Numbered from the stretch's first letter, positions 27,388-38,003 are shown. The stretch: 64,000 nt of DNA from Nitrospirota bacterium (GCA_013388455.1 JACAFF010000003.1:13675-77674); one strand, 5' to 3'. The notes: generated by a model from the sequence alone, not told the origin. Program-made: numbers and translations.

Positions 27388-29169
27388 ATGTCAAATGCTG
27401 CGTATGCATACCCCAAAAGGTTCCGTTTTACGGGTCTTATAGAACTTACATACCGCGATTATAGCTTTGCATCAAGTTATTATGGACATGGTACAGACAC
27501 CAGCTATACGAGCTTCGAGCAACGCTATATGTTAGGGCTAAGGGGGTATATATATCATCCCAAACTTGTATCTTTTTACGCAAGCTTAACTTACAGAAAA
27601 GAAATAGCAGATGATGGTTCAGATAACAACCGTGATTTAGATACTATAAATTATAATTTTTCAGCCAATATTCTACGAACTAATCCTATATCTTTAGATT
27701 TATACGCCCTAAAAACTGACTCTACTATAGAAGGATGGGGCACATCTCCTTACAATATCACCACAAGTTTTTTTGGGGCGAGACTACGTTTTACAAGAAG
27801 AAATTTTCCTTCTATAGTAATTGGATATGATCACTGGGAATATACTATTGAGAGAGAACATGGCTTTTTAATCAATAAATATGGATTTGGGGAGCTTATT
27901 ATCGAAAAAAAGATTAAGGAAGAAAATACCGAGAATACCAGATTTAATATAAATATAAATGGTTTTTTAAAGACTATAAATACAAGATATAATATTATTG
28001 GAGATTTATCAGAGTATTCAAGTCCTTTTAGAGAATATGATGGAAAAAATATAATAGCCAATACATATACTAATATAAAAAACCAAAATTCACTGTCTAC
28101 TTCTTTTCAACACTCTGACATAGATATAAAAAAACTGACAATGTTTACAGCAGATTTAAGATTATCCCCTATCGGCAAGTTAAATCATAACTATGGATAT
28201 GAATACCTTACTTTCGAAACCGAAGATGAGAAAGCAGATTTACAAACGGTCAGTAGTTATTTACTCTACAGACTATCTAAAATGATATTCGGAACAGCGA
28301 ACTTACGTTACAGTTTCGGGAATCGTAACGAAAGAAACGAAGAATCATATGGGGTTAACATTGGACTAAATTATGGCAAGCTTATTAAAAATTTTGATTT
28401 TACGTCATATTATAAGTTCTCTATTAAAACAGATGAAAGCCGTGGAGAATATAAATTTGTTGGGAATTCTCTGGGCATTGGTCTCTCTACAAGAAAATTC
28501 AAGCTTGGGAAAATTTATGCAAATTATGATATCTCAACAAGCAAATATGATTATAATTATACATTAAAGGAAAGTGAATATTACTATTCGGAATTTGAAG
28601 AATTTGGCAAATTATCAGCCGAAGGTGATTACATAGAGCATAGAGTCAGAACAGGAATAAATGGCAAAGGACCAAGGAGGGCATACTGGAATATTGAGGC
28701 TGAAGCGAGAATTTTCGACGCTAATACAAAAAATCACGGAACTACATTCTGGATTGGAGAAGAACAATGGGCTGAGAAAATAAGGCATTATACTTTAACA
28801 GGAGATATAGGCTATCCTATCGGACAAAAAGGATTGGCCACATTGAAGGGAAGTTATACTACAGGAGAAACTAACTCTGAAAATATCGAAAGTTATTATT
28901 ATGAAGTCCGTCTTAATTATCGTATACTCAGGAACCTCAATTTTTTAGGATGGTGGAGAGAAGATTGGCGAAATCAAGGATGGTGGGCAGGATCAACTGT
29001 TGATTTCCAGAGAAAATATGGATGGAAGAACAGGGAATATCAACTTGAACTACGTTATTTAATAAGAAGTATAACTCTCTCTCTTGAGTATAATGTATAC
29101 AGGTTAGAGGAAGGTCCATTAGTTTCAGAATATAAAAGGTTTTATGTAAAACTGAGCAAACCATTTTAA
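27388..29169 (+). CDS. Putative outer-membrane beta-barrel protein (~600 aa); 5' end probably at TTG 27302 via +1 T in the T10 tract
   Basis: Rich in Tyr/Asn/Gly/Trp. Many alternating-hydrophobic stretches (e.g. YQLELRYLIRSITLSLEYNVYRL). C-terminal RFYVKLSKPF ends in Phe, as in the OMP beta-signal. The ATG 27388 ORF lacks a signal peptide, which is encoded upstream in another frame. Confidence 0.7.
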   Translation: MSNAAYAYPKRFRFTGLIELTYRDYSFASSYYGHGTDTSYTSFEQRYMLGLRGYIYHPKLVSFYASLTYRKEIADDGSDNNRDLDTINYNFSANILRTNPISLDLYALKTDSTIEGWGTSPYNITTSFFGARLRFTRRNFPSIVIGYDHWEYTIEREHGFLINKYGFGELIIEKKIKEENTENTRFNININGFLKTINTRYNIIGDLSEYSSPFREYDGKNIIANTYTNIKNQNSLSTSFQHSDIDIKKLTMFTADLRLSPIGKLNHNYGYEYLTFETEDEKADLQTVSSYLLYRLSKMIFGTANLRYSFGNRNERNEESYGVNIGLNYGKLIKNFDFTSYYKFSIKTDESRGEYKFVGNSLGIGLSTRKFKLGKIYANYDISTSKYDYNYTLKESEYYYSEFEEFGKLSAEGDYIEHRVRTGINGKGPRRAYWNIEAEARIFDANTKNHGTTFWIGEEQWAEKIRHYTLTGDIGYPIGQKGLATLKGSYTTGETNSENIESYYYEVRLNYRILRNLNFLGWWREDWRNQGWWAGSTVDFQRKYGWKNREYQLELRYLIRSITLSLEYNVYRLEEGPLVSEYKRFYVKLSKPF

Positions 29170-29171
29170 AA

Positions 29172-30206
29172 ATGAATAAGAAATACCTCATATTTTTTAT
29201 TATTCTATTTCTTTTTGCCGGATGTGCTACATCGGAAGTTGCAATTCAAGATTCTGAATTAGATATACGAGGACCGAATCCTGTCTGGCCTCCGCCTCCC
29301 CAGACAGCGAGGGTTCAATATATAAGAAGCATTTCCGGACAATCTGATATAAAAAAAAAGAAGTCTTGGTTTATTAAAACAATGGATAGTATTCTCGGGA
29401 AAGGTCAAACATCAGGAAATTTACTCAGACCATATGGAGTATTCGCAGATGCTGATAAAATTTATGTAACAGATCCTGGAACTCATTTTCTTCATATCTT
29501 TGACATAAAAGAAAAAAGATATCTTGAAATTAGAAACGCTGACAGAAAGGATTTAATATCGCCTATCGGTGTAGCAGTTGACAAAAATGGAGAAATATAT
29601 CTCTCTGATTCCATATTAAAGAGAGTTTTCCACTTCGATAAGGATGGTAAATATATCAGGGAAATCGGATCAGATGATTTATTTATCAGGCCTGCAGGTA
29701 TTGCAATTGATGAAGAAAGACTTTATGTTATAGATACACACAAGCATAATGTTTTAGTTTTTTCAAAAAAAGATGGATCATTACTTTTTAACTTTGGTAA
29801 AAAAGGTAACGGAAAAGGAGAATTCAATTATCCTACTAATATATTTATTGCAAAAGATAACTTGCTTTATATATCTGATTCAATGAATTTCAGGGTTCAA
29901 ATCTTTGATAAGAACGGCAAATTTATCTCAACTTTTGGTAAACATGGTGATGGTTCAGGTGATTTCTCTAAATCCAAAGGCATAGCTGTTGATTCAGATG
30001 GACATATTTATGTTGCTGACGCACATTTTGATACTGTCCAGATATTCGATAAGGATGGCAGGCTACTTCTTGCCTTTGGTAACACAGGCCGTAAAAAAGG
30101 ACAAATGATCCTTCCGGCAGGTTTATTTATTGATGAACAGGACAGAATTTATGTTGCAGATTCAAATAATAACAGGATACAGATATTTCAGTATCTGAAA
30201 AAGTAA
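29172..30206 (+). CDS. NHL-repeat six-bladed beta-propeller lipoprotein (paralogue 2)
   Basis: Lipobox LFAGC. WPPPPQTARVQY motif. NHL blades (GEFNYPTNIFI..DNLLYISDSMNFRVQIFD etc.). Exactly 344 aa in the track, the same as paralogue 1. Confidence 0.85.
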   Translation: MNKKYLIFFIILFLFAGCATSEVAIQDSELDIRGPNPVWPPPPQTARVQYIRSISGQSDIKKKKSWFIKTMDSILGKGQTSGNLLRPYGVFADADKIYVTDPGTHFLHIFDIKEKRYLEIRNADRKDLISPIGVAVDKNGEIYLSDSILKRVFHFDKDGKYIREIGSDDLFIRPAGIAIDEERLYVIDTHKHNVLVFSKKDGSLLFNFGKKGNGKGEFNYPTNIFIAKDNLLYISDSMNFRVQIFDKNGKFISTFGKHGDGSGDFSKSKGIAVDSDGHIYVADAHFDTVQIFDKDGRLLLAFGNTGRKKGQMILPAGLFIDEQDRIYVADSNNNRIQIFQYLKK

Positions 30207-30209
30207 ACA

Positions 30210-30947
30210 ATGAGAAGTAAAATAAAATTAATATCTTGCGTTCTATATTTCACATTTTGTATTTTATTTTTAAATCCCTTTTTAGTTTTAGCACGTGTTG
30301 AAGATACTAAACATAATTTGTCTGTTTCAGGTACAGGGGATGTGAAAGCAGTTAGTGAAACCCAAATTTGTATATTCTGCCATACCCCTCATAATGCCTC
30401 ACCTGCAAAACCTCTCTGGAATCATGAGATAACGGCGGTTGTAAATTATATAAATTACTGGAGTCCCACTTTGCAATCTTACTCTTCTGAGGCAGAAGCA
30501 CCACCTATTGATGGATTCTCAAAACTCTGCTTAAGTTGCCATGATGGAACTGTAGCAATAGGTTCAATTATAAGCAGATGGGATGAGATTCAGATGATAA
30601 GCATTACAGATGTTCTTGATGCTTCAGGAAGACTCATTAGAGGGCCTGGGTACCTCGGGACAGATCTTTCAGGAGGGCATCCTATATCCATTATATTTGA
30701 CGAAATACTGGCTAATAAAAGAAATACCTCAGACCCTCCTTTAAGCCGTCTTAAATGGCCTATAAACGATCCTTATGTAAAACTTCATCCTACTCAGAAT
30801 GGATACGGAGTGCAGTGCACATCATGCCATGATCCACATACAAACAGAGCAGCAGGTGGTTGGCCCCCATTCTGGAATAAAACAACGCATGATGAAGTAT
30901 GCATTGTATGTCACGAAGAGATACCACCAGGGGATATAGAATGGTAA
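30210..30947 (+). CDS. Secreted tetrahaem cytochrome c (doubled-CXXCH type), paralogue of the FDH-linked cytochrome
   Basis: Signal peptide. Four CXXCH motifs: CIFCHTPH, CLSCH, CTSCHDPH, CIVCH. Shares TKHNL...C..CHTPH....PLWN, LCL.CH.G and GHPIS blocks with the 18933..19625 product. Confidence 0.85.
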   Translation: MRSKIKLISCVLYFTFCILFLNPFLVLARVEDTKHNLSVSGTGDVKAVSETQICIFCHTPHNASPAKPLWNHEITAVVNYINYWSPTLQSYSSEAEAPPIDGFSKLCLSCHDGTVAIGSIISRWDEIQMISITDVLDASGRLIRGPGYLGTDLSGGHPISIIFDEILANKRNTSDPPLSRLKWPINDPYVKLHPTQNGYGVQCTSCHDPHTNRAAGGWPPFWNKTTHDEVCIVCHEEIPPGDIEW

Positions 30948-32062
30948 AGAAAAAAGTTTTTATTATGAATATCGTTATCCTTTTTCTTATCTCCTCTTCT
31001 CTTAATGCTAACTCCGGGATTAAAAGGCCGCATGGTGATGAGAGTAAACTTCTCAAGGGGTGTGCAAGTTGTCATAAAGGTCATGGAATATATAATACAC
31101 CCATGCTTTCGGTTAGAAAAGAATTATTTTGCTTTAAATGCCATGGACATAGTATTTATGTAGAAAATGCTAAAAGATCTGGAGACATTGCTAATGACGT
31201 CAAAACAGAGGATATACAGAAAGAATTTGAAAAACCTTACCATCACCCTATTGAAAAAACAGGTATTCATAGATATGATGAAATAATTCCAGAAGTAGAT
31301 GGAGCTATGCCGAGACATTCAGACTGTGTTGATTGCCACCATCATCACTATGTAAAAAAGGAAAACAAGATGTCAGGTATCAGGGGTATAAATAAAGATG
31401 GAGTTAAGGTGAGGATAACTTCTGAGTATGAACTCTGCTTTAAGTGTCATTCTTATAGCGCTAATCTCCCTTCAAACCAAACCAATAAAGCAGAAATCCT
31501 TAATCCATCAAATCCTTCTTTTCATCCGATTATAGCGCCTGGAACTAACACTGATGTGCCAAGTCTTATCCCTCCTCTATCTACATCGAGCCTTATTAAA
31601 TGCACTGACTGTCATAACAATGATGAACCTTCAGGTCCAAAAGGGCCTCATGGTTCTATTTATAAATATATTTTATCCAAGAATTATACGACTATTGATA
31701 GTTCAGAAGGTCCATTTCAATATGAACTCTGTTACAGTTGTCACAGAAGGAGTAGTATTTTAAGTAATGAAAGTTTTCAGTTACATAATCTTCATATATC
31801 GAATGTGGGCACTTCCTGCAGGACGTGTCATAACCCTCATGGGAGTATACAATATACACATCTGATAGATTTTAATAGGGCAACTGTTATGCCATCAAAA
31901 AGTATGCAACTTGAATACAGAGATTTAGGTATTAGAGCCGGCCAATGTTTTCTAAACTGTCACGGACATGAACATGACCCGGCTGTCTATCCCTCAGCAA
32001 TATCAGGGACCATTTTACACAAACCTTCTTTTCAACCTAAACGATTTCCTTCACGTCGTTAA
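30941..32062 (+). CDS. Secreted octahaem cytochrome c (7 CXXCH + 1 CXXXCH)
   Basis: From ATG 30941 (MVKKKVFIMNIVILFLISSSLNA signal peptide; ATGGTAA overlap with the upstream stop). Motifs CASCH, CFKCH, CVDCH, CFKCH, CTDCH, CYSCH, CRTCH, plus CFLNCH. Confidence 0.85.
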   Translation: MVKKKVFIMNIVILFLISSSLNANSGIKRPHGDESKLLKGCASCHKGHGIYNTPMLSVRKELFCFKCHGHSIYVENAKRSGDIANDVKTEDIQKEFEKPYHHPIEKTGIHRYDEIIPEVDGAMPRHSDCVDCHHHHYVKKENKMSGIRGINKDGVKVRITSEYELCFKCHSYSANLPSNQTNKAEILNPSNPSFHPIIAPGTNTDVPSLIPPLSTSSLIKCTDCHNNDEPSGPKGPHGSIYKYILSKNYTTIDSSEGPFQYELCYSCHRRSSILSNESFQLHNLHISNVGTSCRTCHNPHGSIQYTHLIDFNRATVMPSKSMQLEYRDLGIRAGQCFLNCHGHEHDPAVYPSAISGTILHKPSFQPKRFPSRR

Positions 32063-32077
32063 ACCAAAATTGCAATG

Positions 32078-32736
32078 TTATTTTAGCACTGCCTTTTTAA
32101 ATTCCTCTACTCCAATTCGTTCAATAAATCTTGGCATCCTTTCTCTTGTTTTCGCATTCTTCGAATAGTAATCAAGACATCTCTCTATTAACTTAAATGC
32201 CTCTTCATCATTTAGTTTTTCTGCTATTATATTACCAATTCGTGGTCTCCCGCCTGAATTCCCTCCAACTACTACTGTCCAGCCATCAGGTGCTGCAAAG
32301 GCACCAAAATCTCTCAGAAAACTCTCTGCACAATTAAGCCTGCATCCTGAAATGCCGAATTTTGTTTTTGCAGGAACGGTCTGTTCCTTTCCAACATACA
32401 TTTTTTCTATTTTTGCAGCAAGTCCAAGTGAATTACCCTGCCCGAATTTACATGTTTCTGTTCCTGGACATGCCTGAACATAATGGACACATAATCCCTC
32501 AGCAGGTCCTATTGCCATATCCAGATCATTCCATACCTGTTCAACCTCTTCTGGTTTCATACCGACCAGTGCAATACGCTGACCGGATGTTATTTTAATT
32601 ATTTTAATTTTATATTTGCGTGCAACCATCGCAAGCTTTTCAAGAATTTCAGGTGTCAATACACCCATCGGTATTCTGGGAACAATGGCATATGTCTGTT
32701 TATCCCTCTGAAGAATGGCCCCTCTTGGTTCCTTGC

Positions 32737-32740
<4 letters not shown>
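32078..32740 (-). CDS. Small (220 aa) siroheme/[4Fe-4S] nitrite-sulfite reductase-family protein (low-molecular-weight assimilatory-type sulfite reductase-like)
   Basis: CPGTETCKFG ... GCRLNCAES gives the CX5C...CX3C siroheme-FeS ligand pattern. The size and N-terminus (GAILQRDKQTYAIVPRIPMG) resemble the ~23 kDa Desulfovibrio alSiR class, from memory. Confidence 0.7.
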
Positions 32741-34472
<1,732 letters not shown>

Positions 34473-34569
34473 TTAATAAAAATATATTATACACCACTCA
34501 ACTGTCTTCCTGATATTTGTTTCGGCAACTATTTCAGGAAGATCAGAATTATTCAAAAGATGTTTTTTA

Positions 34570-36684
34570 TTATTTGGCTGATTTCAGGGCATTCTGATAA
34601 AACTTCTGCACATACTCCTTTACCATTCTTCTTGCACTAAACTGCGAGCCAATACTTTTTATTGCCTCTTTCATGACCTTAACCCATTCTACAGGAATTC
34701 CAAACTCGTCAACACGATAATACAAGGGTATAATCTTTTTCTCAATGAGATCATAAATTGCTTCGGCATCACTATTATCACCAACCCCTTTAAAAGCCCA
34801 TCCATTGTTGCCATTATAACCCTCTATCCACCATCCATCAAGGATACTCAAGTGCGGGACCCCATTCAGTGAAGCCTTCATTCCACTTGTGCCACATGCC
34901 TCTAAAGGTGGTATAGGATTATTCAGCCAAACATCAACTCCATGAACCATATATTGAGCGAGTTGTTCATTATAATTTTCTACAAATGCAATTCTACCTC
35001 CTAATGAAGGATCGTGTGCATAATTAAATATACGCTGAATCATTCTTTTACCTTCATCATCTACAGGATGAGCCTTACCAGCAAAAATTATCTGGACAGG
35101 GCGCCATCGATTATTAAGAATCTTTTTCAGTCTATCACTGTCATAAAATATAAGATCTGCTCTTTTGTAATTAGTAAATCTGCGCGCAAAACCTATAGTA
35201 AGTGTGAGGGGATCAAGCAACGTTCCTCCTGCGATAATATTGATTGGATTTGCGTGATTCTCTATCCAGCGCCTCCTTGTTTGCTCTCTAATAAAATTGA
35301 TAAGCTTTATTTTCAACCAGTAATGAACCTGCCACAATTCCTTGTCAGGTATTTTATCAACCAAATGATAAATCATGGGATCATCATGTTTTTCAAGCCA
35401 ATCAGTGCCAAGATACTTGTTAAACAAAAGCTGCACTTTTGGTTCAATCCACGTTGGTATATGAATGCCATTGGTAATATAATCAATAGGCATTTCTTCT
35501 TTACTACTTTTATCTGGCCAGAGTATTGACCACATTGCCCGGGTAACCTCATTATGTTTTTTGCTTACACTATTATGAAATTTAGACATTTTAAGTGAAA
35601 ATGTGGTCATATTGAATCCTGCAGACGGTTCTTTAGGATTTACACCAAGTTGGATAAATTCTTCACGGTCAATACCAATAAGCTTACAATAACTACCAAA
35701 ATATTTATTAATAAGATGGAAAGGAAAAACATCATGTCCAGCAGGCACAGGAGTGTGAGTAGTAAAAATTGATGTACTACGCACATATTCTGCTGCCTCT
35801 TCAAAACTCATTCCTCCTTCTACTCTTTCTCTTATTCTTTCAAAAAGTGCAAATGCTGAATGTCCTTCATTGAGATGAAGGATTGAATGATGGATACCAA
35901 GGGTGTTTAAGACTGCAATACCTCCTATACCAAGAACCATCTCTTGTCGTAAACGCTGTTCAATATCTCCTGTGTAAAGATGATAGGCGATTGACCTATT
36001 CCATGGATCATTTTCCTTTATGTCAGTATCCATTAAGTAAAAGGGTACACGCCCTATCGTCACCTTCCATATAGTTATGTAAATAGGTGGTTCAATAAAA
36101 GGCACCTTTATTATCAACTGCTCTTCTTTTTTATTAAAAACCCTTTCGATGGGTGCTGCATCTCTATCAAGAAATTCGGGGATATCTTCCTGCCATCCAT
36201 CAACCCTGATCTTCTGTCTTAGGTATCCTCCTGGATACATAAATCCGATTCCTACTACAGGAACTCCAAGGTCACTACATTCTTTCAAATAATCCCCTGC
36301 AAGAAATCCCAATCCGCCTGCATAGAAAGGCAATGAATGATGCAGACCATATTCTGCAGAAAAATATGCTATTGGCAGACATTTTGGAAAGGGCATATTT
36401 TCAGAAAACCAGCACTTACCGGATTTCAGATATTCATAAAATTGTCCGATTACCAAATCATAATGCCGGAGATATTCCCTGTCTTTTGCAGCAGTTTCTA
36501 TTATTTCAGCGGGTAATTCTTTAAGCATTTTTACTGGATTATGTCCACTGTCTTTCCATGCTATCCTGTCCAGCATTTTAAAAAGCATCCTTGCCTCAGG
36601 ATGCCAACTCCACCACAGGTTATAAGCAAGATCTGCAAGACCTTCTAAACGTTCTGGTAAATTTGAAAATCTAATTTTCGTCAT
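34570..36684 (-). CDS. glgP: Alpha-glucan (glycogen/maltodextrin) phosphorylase, GlgP-type
   Basis: LAYNLWWSW, FSAEYG, LNEGHSAF and PLP-lysine block CGTSGMKASLNG. ATG 36684 overlaps the upstream stop (ATGA), so the track's 36771 start is probably too long. Confidence 0.9.
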   Translation of the reverse strand: MTKIRFSNLPERLEGLADLAYNLWWSWHPEARMLFKMLDRIAWKDSGHNPVKMLKELPAEIIETAAKDREYLRHYDLVIGQFYEYLKSGKCWFSENMPFPKCLPIAYFSAEYGLHHSLPFYAGGLGFLAGDYLKECSDLGVPVVGIGFMYPGGYLRQKIRVDGWQEDIPEFLDRDAAPIERVFNKKEEQLIIKVPFIEPPIYITIWKVTIGRVPFYLMDTDIKENDPWNRSIAYHLYTGDIEQRLRQEMVLGIGGIAVLNTLGIHHSILHLNEGHSAFALFERIRERVEGGMSFEEAAEYVRSTSIFTTHTPVPAGHDVFPFHLINKYFGSYCKLIGIDREEFIQLGVNPKEPSAGFNMTTFSLKMSKFHNSVSKKHNEVTRAMWSILWPDKSSKEEMPIDYITNGIHIPTWIEPKVQLLFNKYLGTDWLEKHDDPMIYHLVDKIPDKELWQVHYWLKIKLINFIREQTRRRWIENHANPINIIAGGTLLDPLTLTIGFARRFTNYKRADLIFYDSDRLKKILNNRWRPVQIIFAGKAHPVDDEGKRMIQRIFNYAHDPSLGGRIAFVENYNEQLAQYMVHGVDVWLNNPIPPLEACGTSGMKASLNGVPHLSILDGWWIEGYNGNNGWAFKGVGDNSDAEAIYDLIEKKIIPLYYRVDEFGIPVEWVKVMKEAIKSIGSQFSARRMVKEYVQKFYQNALKSAK

Positions 36685-37139
36685 GTAAATATTATCTTTA
36701 TACCTATAAATATCTGGATAACATAAAGACATATTATCAAAATACCAGATGCTAAATGTAGAGTTCTCCATTTTGATTCACGGCTTTTAATTTTTTTGGA
36801 GAGGATTAATGTAATTATAATTGAAAGAGTAATCAAAAGTCCGATAAAGAAATGTAATGGATATACCATGATATGTCCTTCCGCTATATAAACGATTGTC
36901 ATACCAGCAAGAAAGCCTATAACGCCTTCCACTGCAAAAATTGGCCCTGATTTTCTGTGCTTTCTAATTGTGTGTATATTAGGAGGATTTCCTTGTAGTC
37001 TTTCTTTTCTGATTCTTAAACCTATAATTGACTGATAGATAAAGGCAATAAAAACAAAAAAATTATAAGTACCATGAATATATCCTAAAAGATTTATTAT
37101 AGGGCTGTATGAATGTATATCTGACATTTCCTTAGTCAA
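36681..37139 (-). CDS. Integral membrane protein, ~4 TM helices, unknown function
   Basis: Hydrophobic segments in the translation. Coupled to glgP by an ATGA overlap. Confidence 0.55.
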   Translation of the reverse strand: MTKEMSDIHSYSPIINLLGYIHGTYNFFVFIAFIYQSIIGLRIRKERLQGNPPNIHTIRKHRKSGPIFAVEGVIGFLAGMTIVYIAEGHIMVYPLHFFIGLLITLSIIITLILSKKIKSRESKWRTLHLASGILIICLYVIQIFIGIKIIFT

Positions 37140-38003
37140 TTATTGAATCAATGAAATCCAGTCATCAACAAAGCGTTTTAGTCCAATATCTGTTAATTCA
37201 TGCCTTATTTCATAATGCTGCCATTTTTTCCCAAGATCAATTTTTTTATAATCTATTTTCTTCAGGTTTTCAACCTTATAGATATATTCATTATCAGGCA
37301 CTTGAAGTCCCTTCCCATTCCATTCTATCAATACTTTGAAAGGAACAGTGACAATATCTGATGCAAGTTTTAGAGAGCATAATAAATGTTCATAATTCCT
37401 TACACTTGCGGTCAATACTTCAACATGTCCATCACCATTTTCATACATTTTTATTATGTTGGATATTAAATCCATTCCATTTTCACCCCTGTCATCGAGT
37501 CGTCCAACAAAAGGAGAAACAAAAACGTCGCCTTTTCTTGCACCTAAAGTAGCTACATATACAGCAGCAGCCTGTTCTTGTGTAAAACATAAAGTCATGT
37601 TTATACGTATCCCTTTTTTTACTGCAATTTCTGCTGCTTTGAGACCTTCAGGAATTATTGGGAGTTTGATATGAGCATTAGGAATCCAGGAAAACATCTC
37701 TTCTGCTTGTCCTATCATTTCTTCTGCTGTTGTTGTGTGATCAGCATAGACTTCAACTGAAATTGAACCATGTGGAATAAGATTTGACAGTTCTTTTACA
37801 ACACTACGATAGAATTCCAGTATTTCAACTTTTTTAAATTTCTCACCTTTTTCCATACGTTGTCTGGCTATCGGATTTTTTGCAATCAGGGTAGGATTTG
37901 TCGTCTGTCCGTCGATAAAGCCCATATTTTGTAATATCTGCCTTGTTTCATCAGGGTCTCCTCCATCCAAAAATATCCTTGTCCTGAGGTTTTTTGGTTT
38001 CAT
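37140..38003 (-). CDS. tal: Transaldolase-family protein
   Basis: IFLDGGDPDETRQI...GQTTNPTLIAK...; 4-nt overlap with tkt. Confidence 0.8.
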   Translation of the reverse strand: MKPKNLRTRIFLDGGDPDETRQILQNMGFIDGQTTNPTLIAKNPIARQRMEKGEKFKKVEILEFYRSVVKELSNLIPHGSISVEVYADHTTTAEEMIGQAEEMFSWIPNAHIKLPIIPEGLKAAEIAVKKGIRINMTLCFTQEQAAAVYVATLGARKGDVFVSPFVGRLDDRGENGMDLISNIIKMYENGDGHVEVLTASVRNYEHLLCSLKLASDIVTVPFKVLIEWNGKGLQVPDNEYIYKVENLKKIDYKKIDLGKKWQHYEIRHELTDIGLKRFVDDWISLIQ

